Shown: in pieces, positions 45,347-56,335 of the stretch
Layout: each line of letters starts with the position of its first letter
How positions within the stretch are numbered: position 1 is the first letter of the stretch
Assembly (NCBI GenBank): GCA_907165135.1
Contig: OU015570.1
Location: 1,488,001 to 1,552,000, forward strand
Length of the DNA stretch: 64,000 nucleotides
Reading direction: 5' to 3'
DNA from: Oikopleura dioica
Lineage: Eukaryota; Animalia; Chordata
Translations under genes and position numbers: made by a program
The notes under the pieces: generated by a model
Told to the model about the DNA's origin: nothing
What the model saw: the letters and a program-made list of their open reading frames with translations, nothing else
The model's database searches: none

Positions 45347-47895
45347 AATCCGTTCAATTATTTTGATTATAAATTTGTAAAATTCCCGATCAAGATTGGA
45401 CCCGCTCTGCCAACTACCTCAATCATTATCGCCCAATATCGAGACGAAGATATTCTTCACCACGAAGTTCATAATGTTCTCCTCGATACAGGAGCCAGCA
45501 CCTGTTTTTTGCGTAAATCTGAAGTTCCAGTAGAGTTTAAGTTAGGAAAAAGCGCGGTAGGAATTAGCAATCCATTTAACGTCAATATGTGCAGCATTTC
45601 AGAAACAGTTACTTGTAATATTAATGTTCAAGGGAAGACAGTCCCTAATATAAAATTTTTAATTATACCAAATGAAAATAAAATTGATTACAACGGAGTT
45701 TTAGGCTATGACCTACTAAAAAGATTTAAATTAAATCTAAACGGCTTTCCTGAAGGACCTCTTCTACTAAATAGGTTCAGATGCACGGAAATCGACGAGG
45801 AAATCGTCGAGATTGTGAAGCGTACTAAAAATCTGCTCTTGTCGCTAAGGAGACGTCCTTTATCGGTCCGAACGAGACAGAGTACGTAAAAATCCGCCGA
45901 ACTCCAGCTTATCGTGATAAAAATGATTTGAGCATTGTAAAAACAGCGGAGATGGCTGAAGCAAAACTAGCCCTCCAGACCTACACAATCATTAAGGATC
46001 TCGACCAGTTGAAAATAAACAACAGGTCAAACAAAACGATCCTGTTGAAAAAGGGTGCAGCACTTGCAGAAGCAGCAGAATCAATGCCGCAGCAAGTGCT
46101 TAATTTCTTAGTTAAGACGAGCAAGTTACCGCAGGCCGAAAGGCGCACTCATGAGCTCGAATTTAAAGAATGGAAAAGTAAACGAGACCTGTTAGTTGAG
46201 GATATCGATATCAGCACTGAAATCAAAGCAGCCGTTTCGGCGGCGCCGATCCAATATGCTCAAGGCCTTAAGCGCATTCTTGAAGAATTCCAGTGGAATT
46301 TCTCCAGATCGCCGTCGGATGCTGGCTTGTCGCAACACTTTGTGTGCGAAATACGACTGACAGATGTCACGCCTGTTTTCCACAAGCCGTATAGTATCGA
46401 CGCGCATAAAATAGAGAGAGTCGACGAAAAATTGAAAGAAATGATCGACTCTGGGACACTAGAACCAACAGTGAGTGGCTTCAACAGCCAACTTCTGACT
46501 GTTGAAAAGAAAAACGGGAAGTTACGAGTTGTGAATAACTACTCGGCGGGAGGAAGCAATTCTATTAACTCTCAGCTTGTCCTCCCGCGCTTCCCCACGC
46601 TCCCAATTCGATCACTGTTGGCAAAGTTGTCGACAGCAATATCAAGATTGAAGGCACGATTTCCAACAGACCAAATTGTTTTTGCAGTTTGGGTCTGGCG
46701 AACGCCTTTATACCTTGGCTATACGCGAAAAAATCGTGATTACACCGCCTTCATCTTTGGAGATAAACAATTGCAATACAAAAGGATGTGTCAAGGACTC
46801 GCTTCGGCACCTTCGACCTTCCAAGCATTCGCAAGCAAAGTATTGCATGAAATAGAAGAAAATGGGAACACTTTCTTCTGTTTCAATTACCAAGATGATT
46901 TTCTCGTTGCTTGTACCGAAAGGAACCATAATAAAACCTTAGAGACCATTTTCAAGAAGATACATGAACACAACATTGTCTTCTCTTTGGCAAAATGTGA
47001 GTTTTTAAGAAATCGGTAAAATTCTTGGGATTTATCGTCGATGAAAACGGTGTGAAAACACCAGAAGCAAAAATTGAGGCACTTCTTAAGGGACTAGGCC
47101 GAGTGAGCGCCGCGCGCCATTTTCTCTTTTTTAATTTTCGCCAGGAAGCCCGAATTTTTATTTCGAATTTAATAAAATTTGGCATACAGACTAAACTTTT
47201 TATTTTTTTTCCTCTCCAACTTTTAAAATTTTCATATCTTGCCGACGAGCTGAGTTATGATCGAAAAACAGAAGCTGGAATTCAAGTGTGCATAAGTACT
47301 CGAAATATCTGGATTGACACTTTGAGACCTAGTCCATTGAAAAGCCCGTGGTCTCTTCTACAAAGTCTACTAATTAAGATTTCCTGGAAATTTATTGTTT
47401 GCTGATTACTTCGCAGGTAATCCAGGTTCTTCTCTAACGCTGCGGGAATCGCGTGCAAATAGTGCAAAACCAGCACACATCACGCCGAGCGCTCCAGGTG
47501 ACCCACAGTAATCCCTCGATAATCAGGTAAGTAGACGTTTCCGGGAAATCTCATTTAGTAGACTTTGTAGAAGAGACCACGGGCTTTTCAATGGACTAGG
47601 TCTCAAAGTGTCAATCCGGATATTTCGAGTACTTATGTACACTTGAATTCCAGCTTCTGTTTTTCGATCATAACTCAGCTCGTCGGCTAGATATGAAAAT
47701 TTTAAAAGTTGGAGAGGAAAGAGAATAAAAGTTTAGTCTGTATGCCAAATTTAATTAAATTCGAAATAAAATTCGGGCTTCCTGGCGAAAGTTAAAAGAG
47801 AAAATGGCGCGCGGCGCTCACTCGGCCTAGTCCCTTAACCTAAAAATGCCTGAAACCGCTAAACAAGCAATGTCATTTATAGGCAGCCTCAATTA
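45347..47895 (+). pseudogene. pol: Pol 5' part (protease, RT), frameshifted, interrupted and truncated
   Basis: LLDTGAS, KLRVVNNY, MCQGL, YQDD; the first RT Asp region is garbled by frameshifts; MITE at 47090; ends at IGSLNY where a TA element begins. Confidence 0.9.
47090..47834. mobile_element. Second foldback MITE family, TTAA TSD, GG...CC ends (Kolobok-like)
   Basis: TTAA|GGGACTAGGCCGAGTGAGCG...CGCTCACTCGGCCTAGTCCC|TTAA; roughly 300-bp arms; removal restores KIEALLNLKMPETAKQ. Confidence 0.9.
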
Positions 47896-48867
47896 CCGTG
47901 GTTTTTCATTTTAAGAGCGCCCAATTTAAGAGCGTTTTCGCCAACATTTTGCAAATTATGTTATCTGCGAAAATTCAAATTTAAGAGCGTTTTTGAAGAT
48001 TTTTATGCAATCAAAAAATTTTTAGACTCAAATAAATCATTAACTAAAACGTGTAATCTCTGACTGCTTTTCCGGCCATTTTAAAGTACTACAAACTCAA
48101 CAGAGTCGACCTGATCCGACCGATGACTCAGTTCACGTTCGCCGTCCTCGCTCAGATAAGCTCCCAACTACGGTCAATGATCAACTACTGGCCAATCAAA
48201 ACACTATAGAGGATTCAGTATGGAAGGATCGTCTTCGCTCAAGACAAAACAAGTAAAGTGGGCCGCTCATCTCATTTTATAAAGCTCAAATTAATTCGAA
48301 TACATGAGTATAAAAGCCCTGCTCCCAAAAGATATATCGCCGCTAAAAATGAATTTCACAACTTCAACGATATAATGCACACAAGGAAAGAGTCAAGTTC
48401 CGCTCAATCGCTGCTGAAGATAAACGCAGGCCTCTGTGGACTTGCGCCCGCATATACAGTGAAAACCCATTTTAAGGCCCCTTTTTGGATGACAGCGAAT
48501 TTCAAAAGTGGCCTTAAAATGGATATTTTTTGCCTTTCGTCGGATGACAACAAATTTTATCAATTCACGTTTGCTCCGCGCTGCGCGCCATTCACTGTCC
48601 GCGAAGGTTTATCCACCGCGCCGTGAAAGCGCCCGCCGCGCCCCGTGAAAGCTCAAGCCACATTCCTCAAACTGCTCAGCCACACTTCACAGAATATCTC
48701 AACACAAACGATAGAACACTCCACCACGTCTTACGAAACACTATATAAGAAACATTTCTCTGTTCACACATCCACACACAAAACTCAACTACCAACAAAA
48801 CTAACTTTACTCTTTTGTATCCTGCTCCCGAATACAAATAAACCAGTCTCAACAAACCCAATTTACA

Positions 48868-49387
48868 GTGAAAACCCATTTTAGGGCCGATTTTCGGATG
48901 ACAGCGAATTTCAAAAGTGGCCTTCAATTGGATATTTTTCTCTCGAGTCGGATGACAACAAATTTTCATTCTTGGGATAAAAAATGATGAATGAGGGTTT
49001 GAGGGTTATCGCATATTTCTTTTGCTCAAAGAAAGTATAAATCATGGACTTTTTCCAAATGTGTCCTTTGATTTGAACTCAAGGTGATTCTTTTTTCATT
49101 ATCTCAAAAATAATATTCGAAAAGCACGTCTGAAAAAAGATAAACATGACAAATGCTAAGAAAAAGATATGAAAAGATTCGAGTGAAGACGTCAAAGAAT
49201 AGTGACGTGAAAGTGACAATTACTAAGCTCTTTCGATAAAAAAATGGTCTTTAAATTCGTCTGCGTGTTTATACTCGCCTATATAATGATAGATTGGAAC
49301 TCTTGGACTCAAATCTAAGTGAAAATTTAAAAAGGATCGAAAGAAATCATCGTGAATTAAAATAATCGAGAAAAAATCATCAAAGGG
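48868..49387. repeat. Direct repeat of 54773-55295 (left end of CAGTGAAAACCC family)
   Basis: Near-identical about 520-bp block; another left end at about 48458. Confidence 0.85.
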
Positions 49388-49755
49388 TAGTGTGCCATCC
49401 GCTACTAGTTGCCGCCTAAATGAGACCCTCGCGACAACCAGTAGCAGTGAAAACGGGCGCTTTCTCTTCAGCGCTCAAGCGTTAGTTGCCCTTTCTCGGC
49501 GGGTTATGCGCCCTAGATTCCCCTTGGCGGGGGCCTAAGCGGCAACTATTAGCGGTGAGCGCGGAGGATAAAAATGCGACCCACGCGACAACTAGTAGCA
49601 GTGAAACGGACCGGCAACTAGTAGCGGAGTACCAAAAAGAGAATTAAAAAGAATCACTCTTTACGAACTCTAGATAAAACGAGGACCGACATTTTAATCA
49701 CTTTGACATTTTAATCACTTCTGCACTTTATTCACTTTTGCATTTTAATCACTTA

Positions 49756-51230
49756 CCTTGCCAGTGATTAAAATGCAAAAGTGATTAAAATGCGGAAGTG
49801 ATTAAAATGTTGTTTTCAGAACATAATTCTTCGAAAGTGATTAAAATGCTAGAGTGATTAAAATGTCGGTATTTTTTTCAAAGATGCAAACAACGACGCC
49901 TGAAAAATTTTCGACGATCCCCCTCCTGGAAACATTTTTTTGAAAATTGTTTTTAGTCGGGTCAGGAACATAAACCCAACGGAAAACCAAAACCAAAAAT
50001 AAAACTCGAGCCGAAATTTGAACTTAACCAATAGACTCTAGCTAAGATTGATTAGTACTAATAAATCATTAGGGTCCTTTAAACTACAGACTATAGAATT
50101 AAGGTTGTCCGCTTTTGAAAAAAAAAAAAATAATTTTTGGTCTTTTTTATGCAAATTTCGTAAGAAGACAACATGATCAAACTTGCAGACCACTGATCTG
50201 TTTTTTGAGGACCGAAAGGACCCCACATCCTAACTTCTAGGTCGGAAAGTAGACCAATTGATCCAAGATCAAGCTATTGAAAGTAAATAAGTGCTCAGAC
50301 GTGCTAAGAGCACTTGAGCGCGAATCTCAGACTTTCGTGAGCATGAGCACAGCTGAGCTCGCGAGTGCTCAATTCAACTGAGCTTGAGCACGACTGAGCA
50401 CGACACGTTGGAATTTCATTGAGCTTGAGCACGCTGAGCATGTTCAGACTTTTCAAACCCTGCTCCCGGCCTTTTGCATTCTGCTGCCGTGATAACGGAC
50501 CTAATGAAGCTTCCACAAAACGAAAAAAAACGAAAAAGTGAACTGCAAGGTAATTAATCTATGAAAATGAAAAATAATGCGAAAAAATATTCTGTTAATT
50601 TTGCTCGCGAGCTGCTCGCGGGTCAAATCCATGGCGAGCATGAGAGCAGCCAGTCCCGCTCGTCTAGCTCCCTAGCATTGCCGACACAACCCCTCGTGCT
50701 CTCTTCGCTCGCGAGCGGTTTCAAATTGGGGCTCACGCTCTTTTGGCTCTCGAGCCAACTTCATTTTCATGCTCCCGCTCCCCTGCTCTGAGAGCATTGC
50801 TCTCATTTGATAAATTTTCGCTCTCGCTCTTCGCGCTCGCAAGCATTTGCGAGCATTTCAAACATTGCTGGCACCGACTACTGACTATTCCGAAGAAGTT
50901 TATTGGACGCTTTAAACCGAGACTATCTATAAAGTATTCAAATCAAATGGCTTGATTAAAATTTTGGTCCGAGTTTTGTTTTATTTTTTGCATTTGCGTT
51001 GGGTTTATGTTCCTGATTCGGCTTAAAAAATTTTTTCAAAAAAAAAAATTCTCTAGGAGGGGGGTCGTCGAAAATTTTTCAGGCGTCGTTGTTTGCATCT
51101 TTGAAAAAAATACCGACATTTTAATCACTCTAGCATTTTAATCACTTTCGAAGAATTATGTTCTGAAAACAACATTTTAATCACTTCCGCATTTTAATCA
51201 CTTTTGCATTTTAATCACTGTCAACGTAAG
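49756..51230. mobile_element. Element with about 260-bp inverted arms carrying CATTTTAATCACT arrays
   Basis: About 49756-50020 is the reverse complement of about 50965-51230; no TSD resolved. Confidence 0.55.
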
Positions 51231-52587
51231 TCAAACAAAGGGTCCAAAATTATTAAAAAAAGAATTCGTCAAACTCGTCAGACTTGTTTTGATATAAATT
51301 GATTCTAGAAATCATTCCCTGAGTTCAATAAACACTCGGAGTTTTCTACCACTTCACCCGCGCTTAATCAATGAATTTCATTTAATAAAAGACGTTAAGA
51401 GAAATGCTTTATTTGTAAAACATACTTGATGATTATTCAATGATTTTTGTTGTTACTTTGACCGAAAAAATTGCCGATACGGTATCGGCGATACCTATGT
51501 ACAGTTAACTAGTGTATGGAGTAGCAGATTTTTTATGCCTGAATAGTAATGTTATAATTAAGTAGCGGTAGAATTGAGTGGTGAAGCAACGTGATACTAC
51601 ATTTCCAACTCTGTCACAAACAACGTACATTTCCGAATCTGATCTTAAAAATAATTGTTTGCATATTATCGAGATTAGTTCGTTAATCATGTAACAGGAT
51701 ATGTCGAGTCTAAGTCGACATTTACAAAGTATAGGTTTTTGAATATGGGAATTCATAAATGATGCTGTTCAATGGGAAACTGGGCTGTTGAAACGGATCA
51801 TGACTGAATTTACTCTGAAATAAAATGAGATAATGAAAGACAAAGGAAAACGAATTGATACCGTCGAAAAAGCATATTTAACTTAAAAGATTCGTTGTTT
51901 TATTCGGGGACGCGTTTCAGCAACAAAAATGCCTTCATCAGCCCGAGTACAGAAATTAACTTAACAGCTCAGGAAAAAAAGAATACTCTCACCTAAGAGT
52001 GGACAATTTCGAATGAGATCGAAAAAAGAAAATAAAAATTCGTTCTCGCGGCAGGTGAATGGAGCGCCAGAGAAAGCGAATTTTAAATGCTTCATTACAG
52101 AAATTTAACTTCAGCAAAGTTGACTTGCTTTTTCAAGCTAGGGTCGTTAAAATTAATTGAGAAGGCTTCACGCAAGATGCGATCTTTATAATAAGGTTGG
52201 TTTGAGATAACAGTCACCAATGTGTTTTTCATTTTGATCAGTGAATTTTCATTTTCTGTTTTCTATTTTCGATCTATTTAAAAAATCGATCTAAATAAAA
52301 AATCTTATTTTATACTAAAATTAACGGGTATAACGCGTTTCTCAAGTTCTCTTTCAAATGATTTTTGAAAAAAAAATTTTTAATTTTTCTTGCTCGAAAA
52401 AATTTCAAGCAATTTTGTTGGGACATTTTTCTTTAGGCTCTGTATCAAATTTCTGGACATTTTTAAGGAAAATGGGGGACAAAAAATGTCCAGAAATATC
52501 ATAATTGACTGTATGGAAGAGGTTTCGGGAAAAACGACCGAAATATAAATCATTTTCAAAGGGTCAAATATGATAAATATTTCGATA

Positions 52588-52652
52588 TGGCCTCATTTTA
52601 AAAAAGGCTTCATTTTAACAAGGCCTCATTTTATAAAGGCCTCATTTTAAAA
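52588..52652. repeat. 16-bp tandem repeat (AAGGCCTCATTTTAAA-like), 4 copies
   Basis: Read directly. Confidence 0.75.
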
Positions 52653-52655
52653 ATA

Positions 52656-52872
52656 CCGCGATTGGCAGTCCTGACTGACTGATTTTTGAAAGATGCACAT
52701 TGACGTTACAATTCTCCATGCTCAAAACATAGGAGATTTACAACGTAGATTGCGTAGGCGTCACTGGTTTGACGGAACTCTAAAAGAAGAGACACTAGAG
52801 TCAAATTTTAATTGGTTGATTAGCTATTTCACTCGAAAATCAGAATCAGTCAGTCAGAAATTCCAATCGCGG
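52656..52872. mobile_element. TA-flanked MITE (217 bp)
   Basis: TA|CCGCGATTGG...CCAATCGCGG|TA with subterminal CTGACTGACTGA inverted repeats. Confidence 0.75.
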
Positions 52873-53136
52873 TATCTTTAGGTTTATAAATACTTGATTG
52901 CCCAAAAAAAAGATCAAAAGCTGATTTTTTCTGCGACCATCCTAGATATAATCCATTGCCCATATCATATGATTGATATGAACCCATGGGCCATATGATT
53001 CATATAATATCAGTATGCTTATCATTTTTTCTTGTTCATCAAAACTGAAATTTCATCTTTGATTCAAAAGATCGGGTACGGGAGTGTCTAGTTGAGTTTA
53101 TAAAAAATAGCTGGGGACAATCGTTAAAAAAAATTA

Positions 53137-53297
53137 CAGTGGATTGCGCAGGTAGTTGCCCCCTAAAGAGCGGGTGAAGGGTAAACCAATCCTGCAATCA
53201 CTTTGAGCGAGTCAAGAAAGGAACAATAGAAACAGCGCGGGCAAAGGGGCAACCAAAGCTGCAATCGTAAAGGGGCAACCAACTGCGCAACCCACTG
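53137..53297. mobile_element. TA-flanked MITE (161 bp)
   Basis: TA|CAGTGGATTGCGCAG...CTGCGCAACCCACTG|TA. Confidence 0.75.
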
Positions 53298-53437
53298 TAA
53301 CGTGAAACGTGCCAAGTAGAATATAAAGTAATCTTGTATAATGCTAAAGATAATTTAAACAATTTATAAACAAATATAAACATAAATTAATATAAATATG
53401 TGACATCGTGTAGATAAATGTGAGTTTATTGCAGTTT

Positions 53438-53473
53438 GCTGAACGTTTTCGGTCGGTAGACCATCATCAGAGC
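53438..53473 (-). ncRNA. Minimal type I hammerhead ribozyme (Penelope-associated)
   Basis: Minus strand GCT-CTGATGA-T-GGTC(TACC)GACC-GAAA-ACGTTC-AGC: core boxes, 4-bp stem II, palindromic AACGTT stem III, UUC cleavage triplet, 3-bp stem I; AATAAA follows at 53430-53425. Confidence 0.75.
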
Positions 53474-53724
53474 TTGTTCCTTGATAAACTTGAAAAATCT
53501 TAAAGGAAAGCGTACCTTCTTTTCTTAGACTGCAGAACTGATTTAAAAACCAAAAATAACTTGTCCCAGACTAGTGTTCTAGAAAACGAAATGATAACTT
53601 TTTATGGTAATCGATCTTTTTATCAGAGGCTCCTTACCAGGTTCGAAAATGCCTCTGATCGGTAAAACAATTGAATATATTTAAATCTTATAATCCACCA
53701 GTCCTTTAAGGACAGTGCATTTAA

Positions 53725-54066
53725 TCAAATTATATAAACTTGTTGATGTTGAATTTGTTTGTTCAACGGAGGATTATGAAGTCGAATTTCTAATGCTTCC
53801 ATTTGTACTCTCTTTTTGTATGCTAAGTTTCGGTGTAAGACTGAAAACATTTTACTAAGATAGTCGAATCTAGATTTTAAATTGTTCTGCTCATATTCAT
53901 CATTGAATCGAGTTTGGAAAATTTCACAGTTTTCAGTATGACAGAAAACAGCTGTTTGTTTGGACCTTTGTTGGTGGTCAATAATTCTAGATTTAAGGCA
54001 TTCACTCTCACCGATGTAAACTGCGCCGCAGTGACATTCAAATCGGTAAACAGTATTAACAGCCAT
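53725..54066 (-). mobile_element. Penelope-like element 3' fragment: GIY-YIG endonuclease
   Basis: VYRFECHCGAVYIGESECLKSRIIDH ... R..MEALEI..HNPPLNKQ is the PLE GIY-YIG pattern; no RT seen upstream. Confidence 0.85.
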
Positions 54067-56335
54067 TATATTTTTTATTATTTATAGGAATTATTGAGTA
54101 AAAAGTGATTTTCTTAAATGAATCTGGAACGAAAATGAAAAAAATAAAAGAATATCCAATCGTGAGCTTGTTGAATTCTAACAAAGAAATACAGTGTATT
54201 TACTTGTAGCATCACATTGCGTTAACACGAAATTGTCGCCATCGCAATGCTTTGTTTTAATTAAACAGTCGGATTCCCCTACGGTTCTCAAGGTAGACTA
54301 CGCGATGATGGACGAACTGAGCCAAGGGGCGCCGTCACCAAGTAAGACACTTTACTTAAGTAAAGTAAGATGTTTAATTCGAAACTCAAGAATCCTCGAC
54401 TCTGGTTGCGAATCTGTTCTGGCGATGCTGTGGAGTGTGACTGACATGGATATCGATCGGTTCACCCTTCGACTTTATGCAGATTGGTTTTCCGGCGTAC
54501 GCAACTCTTCCAAAGAGCCTGGACCCTGTATATCGCGATACATAAACGAAGCCGCTCGAGGTTTGCATTATTCTGGATAAACAGGAGCTATAACGGGTTT
54601 TTCTAGCGTGTAAACTTGGAGCTGCAAATGCTGGTGCATGCGTAAATTACGGACTCATTCCTGCTTGTTACAATATTCCAGAGAATTGGGACCGCGGACT
54701 GCCTGCCAAAATCAATTACAAGTAGTCTTTTAGAAAGACTCGTTTCAGCTTTTATATTGTAGTATTAACCTACAGTGAAAACCCATTTTAGGGCCGATTT
54801 TCGGATGACAGCGAATTTCAAAAGTGGCCTTCAATTGGATATTTTTCCCTCGAGTCGGATGACAACAAATTTTCATTCTTGGGATAAAAAATGATGAATG
54901 AGGGTTTTAGGGTTATCGCATATTTCTTTTGCTCAAAGAAAGTATAAATCATGGAATTTTTCCAAATGTGTCCTTTGATTTGAATTCAAGGTGATTCTTT
55001 TTTTCATTATCTCAAAAAAAATATTCGAAAAGCACGTCTGAAAAAAGATAAACATGACAAATGCTAAGAAAAAAGATATGAAAAGATTCTAGTGAAGACG
55101 TCAAAGAATAGTGACGTGAAAGTGACAATTACTGAGCTCTTTCGATAAAAAATGGTCTGTAAATTCGTCTGCGTGTTTATACACGCCTATATAATGATAG
55201 ATTTGAACTCTTGGACTCAAATCTAAGTGAAAATTTAAAAAGGATCGAAAGAAATCATCGTGAATTAAAATAATCGAGAAAAAATCATCAAAGTGTACCG
55301 ATGATTTTTGATGATTGCCCCGAAAACTAAAGCCCGAATTAGCGACACCAAGCGAGCAATTTTCTCCTTCTTTTTTGCCTGGAGGACCCCTCTTACTGAA
55401 AGAATTTAAAAATGAAAGAAGAATTATCTTTTCCGAGGAATTCTTCGATTAACTGAGTTCTGGTCACGTAAACAAAATCGTTTCGAGAAAAAAAATCACG
55501 TGCAACTTTGGTAGAACTCGGAGGACCACACCTGGTGGAAGATTTTGATAGAAGAAGACATTGTCTTCTTGGGGAATCATTTTCACAAACTATATTTTTG
55601 CTGCAAGGAAACATTAATTTTTCCTTTATTTTTATCATGTGACATCTTGGAGGACCCCGGAGGACCAACTTGATGGAAGAACACTTTGTAAAAAGAAAAA
55701 ATAATTAGTATTTCAAAAACCATAATTTTCATTCGGGAAGAATAAACTGAAGTTAATTAAAAGATGGGTGTGGGTGGGGTTGGGGACAGAACTGAGACTG
55801 ATCATCTCTATCCTATCTTCTAATCCCAGCCTTAGTCAAGCCCATTAAAATTTAAAAGCCAGGGAAGGGGTTCGACCAGTGTTTGAAAAAAGAATGTGCG
55901 CGGGCTGCGAGCGGGCGAGCGGGGCGCGGGCGGGCGCGCTCGTCCATCCGACCACCTGAAAATTTGACAAATTTTGCCCGCGCCCATCCGCCCATCAAAA
56001 AATCAAGCCTCATACTGCTCGCACGCGCACGTACCGCTCGTGCTCCCCGCTCGCCCGCCCTCCCCTCCCATGCTCGCCCCTCGCCCATGAGTGGATGTGA
56101 GCGGACCGGGTATTATCAAGGAAAACGGACTCATTTTACACAGAATGAGGACTTATTTTACCTAGAACGAGGACTTTTTTTACATAGGACGAGGACTTAT
56201 TTTACATAGAACGAAGACTCTTTTAGATAGAGCAAAAAATTAAATTTCTGAGTATTTTTGATGCTCTTTTATTAATACAGTCAGGCTGATTTCAATTCAC
56301 TGATTTTGTGAATTGAAGAAAATGTACAGGAAGAA

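Noticed and set aside
39900-47895. One Gypsy element broken by an internal inversion
   Set aside because: Both halves include the same RT sub-region with different sequences.
55852-56209. GC-rich Arg/Ala ORFs (also 60014-60534)
   Set aside because: These are hAT subterminal repeats; the composition suppresses stop codons.
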